Source of the DNA: a virus
Taxonomy: Duplodnaviria; Caudoviricetes
IMG/VR virus record: IMGVR_UViG_2791355104_000001
Direction: 5' to 3' (one strand)
DNA: 64,000 bases
Shown: positions 61,973 to 64,000 of the stretch, in pieces
Layout of the letters: every line of letters begins with the position of its first letter
Position numbering within the stretch: position 1 is the stretch's first letter
Position numbers and translations under genes: made by a program
The notes under the pieces: generated by a model
What the model saw: only the letters and a program-made list of their open reading frames with translations
Told to the model about the DNA's origin: nothing
Database searches by the model: none

Positions 61973-64000
61973 TTAGTCTTGTTTGAATATATCTACATTC
62001 GTTTCTAAACACTTACGTAAGCTTAAATCATTTACACCTACACCCTACACCGAACCAGCTATCTGGTTTTTGATAAAAATCTAAGCCTCTCCCAATCTTA
62101 ATTGTCCAGCCATTATCTATACGGATTTCACGGTCATGGAGGTTTTCATTGACTTTGACATCCAAATTAACATCCATTTCCAACAAACTCTGTTTTAGCC
62201 CATCAAGTGCTTCTGCCATTTCTTGAATATTGGTATTGTCATCATACGACGTTATCAAAGTAATACTTTCAACAGAGGGCTGCTTAATTACGGCTTCACA
62301 AAACCGAACAAAATTAGTGAGTTGATGTTTTGCTCTTATGTAAGGGTCTTCAATTACAAGAGATTTAGCTTCTAGCAAATATGGTAGGACGATACTTTCG
62401 TAACTATAACCAGTGGCGCCGTAATTAATTTTGAAGTGCTGTTCCTTTAAGTTTTGGTTGTCGTCAACGGCAACGTCATCCTGATTTGCTATCACTTTCT
62501 CAGCTGGTGTAACTACTTTGGTAGTAGGCTTCTCTGTATCGGCTTCACCATCATCAGTGATACTTGTTTTTGATGGTTCTAATGTGGCTAAAGCGCCTAT
62601 AGATTCCGGACAGCGGACAATAATCTCTTCACCTGCTGCATTGATGTACGACAAATCAATATTAGCAAATTCATCATCAGGTTTGCGCTTATTCATCTGT
62701 TCTTTTACACGGCGACGACATTCAACCGCATACTCAACATATTGGTCAAATTCGTCGTTTGAACACTCACCATGTGGGTGAAGCATTTTTATGAAAGCAC
62801 AAACTGTTTTCTTTATTCCTTTCTCGTCACGCCCCTCAATCGCCCTACCAAGTTTTATGCGCTTATTCACCATTTCATAAACGTTTACCGATTTTAATTG
62901 ATGGTGGAAAGCTTCAGCCAAATAGTCAGTGATGAATCCATAGTTGTCAGTCAGGTAGTCACTTGAGTTTTTGGGCATTTCCCAACCCGGCAAATATGCA
63001 TAAAACCGGTCCATAATTGCTAAATCAAACTCTTTTGGGAGGGGTTGAAATAGGTCGTATTCAGTAGAGTTGACAACTTGACGAACAGATAGGTCTAAGT
63101 TGCCAACAAATGCAGTACTTGCATCCGCGATAACTTCTTTCCCTCGTGAAAAGCGGCCGTTTGCCATAAAGTCTTTCAAAATCTGGATAACATCTGGGTC
63201 TTTCACCTTCATGTTACCAACTTCATCAAAAGCAATGGTGTCCCAATGCCCAACAAGCCCCGTTTCTTTACGATTTTTGTTATAAAACAAGGAGGCTACA
63301 GTAGCTTGGCCACCAGAAATTAGTGTGGAGTAAGGCGAGAACTCACTGTAAAAGTAAGATTTACCTGTCCCGCGCGGGCCCAGCTCAACAAAATTGAAGT
63401 TAGCTTCAACAAGCGGCGCTAATCTAAGTAGAAAATGAAACTTTACGCGTCGTTCAAGCTTAGTCGGCTCAAGTCCGACAGAACGAAGGATGATGTCCAT
63501 CCATTCGTCTCGAGTCATCTTGCTACGCCCAGACTTGTAATCGTCAAAACTAAATCGACTTAGTTGAATAGGGCGTAGTTCTTCGATGTAGAAAGCATAG
63601 TCATCTTCTTCTACTTCATTGTATGCAAGTTTCACCTCTGCCCAAATACCGCCTTCAAGTAGTCTCTTATTCTCCTTGTAGAATTTGTCGCCAACCGCTA
63701 TTTTTTGCGAATTGAAGTTTTCTAAAGAGGCCCAGTGACGCTTTTTGGTTTCAACATAACGAACATGAACTTTATCTATAAATTTGTGACGTCCTTTTGT
63801 GGCAACCTTTGATTGGGCAATATTGGATTCGTCAGGACGAACGTAATTGTCTGAAAGCGTTTCAAGCACAGCTTCTAAACCGGCTTGAATTTCATCTTCG
63901 TCGTCACTGGCACAATACCGAGCAAGCAAAAACTCCAGCACAAACGTAGGAACATTTGTGCCTTTCTTAATTCGCTGAAGCAGGTCTTTTCTAACTAGTT
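61973..64000 (-). CDS. brxL: BrxL-like AAA+ protein with C-terminal MIT_C/PLD-like domain; 5' partial; frameshifted near the 3' end
   Basis: LVRKDL..IKKGTNVPTFVLEFLL, ELGPRGTGKS, IAFDEV, EDPYIR, HDREIRIDNGW.IKIGRGLD; reading frame stops at 62028 but the natural tail ends at 61973. Confidence 0.85.
62038..62051. repeat. Perfect 7-bp tandem duplication causing the brxL frameshift
   Basis: CTACACC-CTACACC; deleting one copy restores SWFGVGVNDLSLRKCLETNVDIFKQD-stop. Confidence 0.9.

Larger units (their letters stand above)
40176..64000. mobile_element. Integrative defence island, right end off-window
   Basis: Repressor/xis/tyrosine integrase, defence-type cargo, AT-richer sequence, starts at the tRNA att core; exact left boundary inferred. 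Confidence 0.75.

Overview
The window holds two tandem mobile elements; the host is probably a marine Gammaproteobacterium such as an Alteromonadales member (inference from PEP-CTERM genes and gene style). (1) Positions 1 to ~40,175 are most of a lambdoid siphovirus prophage, with its left end and integrase off-window. It carries an immunity region (cI-like repressor without a peptidase domain, cro), O-like initiator with iterons, DnaB, nin genes, a Q-like gene, lysis genes, a cos site in register with lambda cosQ/cosN, lambda-like head genes, a tail module with a -1 frameshift chaperone and a Hint-terminated tail tip protein, two toxin-antitoxin pairs and two PEP-CTERM morons. It ends at a 3' half of tRNA-Val(GAC), the att core. 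(2) From ~40,176 to beyond 64,000 lies a defence-type genomic island: pYEATS protein, HEPN-motif protein, repressor/xis/tyrosine integrase, HD-domain protein, an FtsZ paralog convergent with a WYL regulator, EVE-like protein, C39-like peptidase, a drmA/drmB-led five-gene helicase/nuclease operon, and a brxL-like gene frameshifted by a 7-bp duplication. The two best candidates for undescribed systems are (a) the WYL-FtsZ pair, whose promoters share the same 25-bp palindromic operator at identical spacing, and (b) a LexA-boxed prophage operon encoding a 59-aa secreted disulfide-loop peptide (missed by the ORF track), a polytopic membrane protein and a membrane-anchored protein, close to a repressor that appears non-cleavable. 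All family assignments come from motif recognition by eye; no searches were run.
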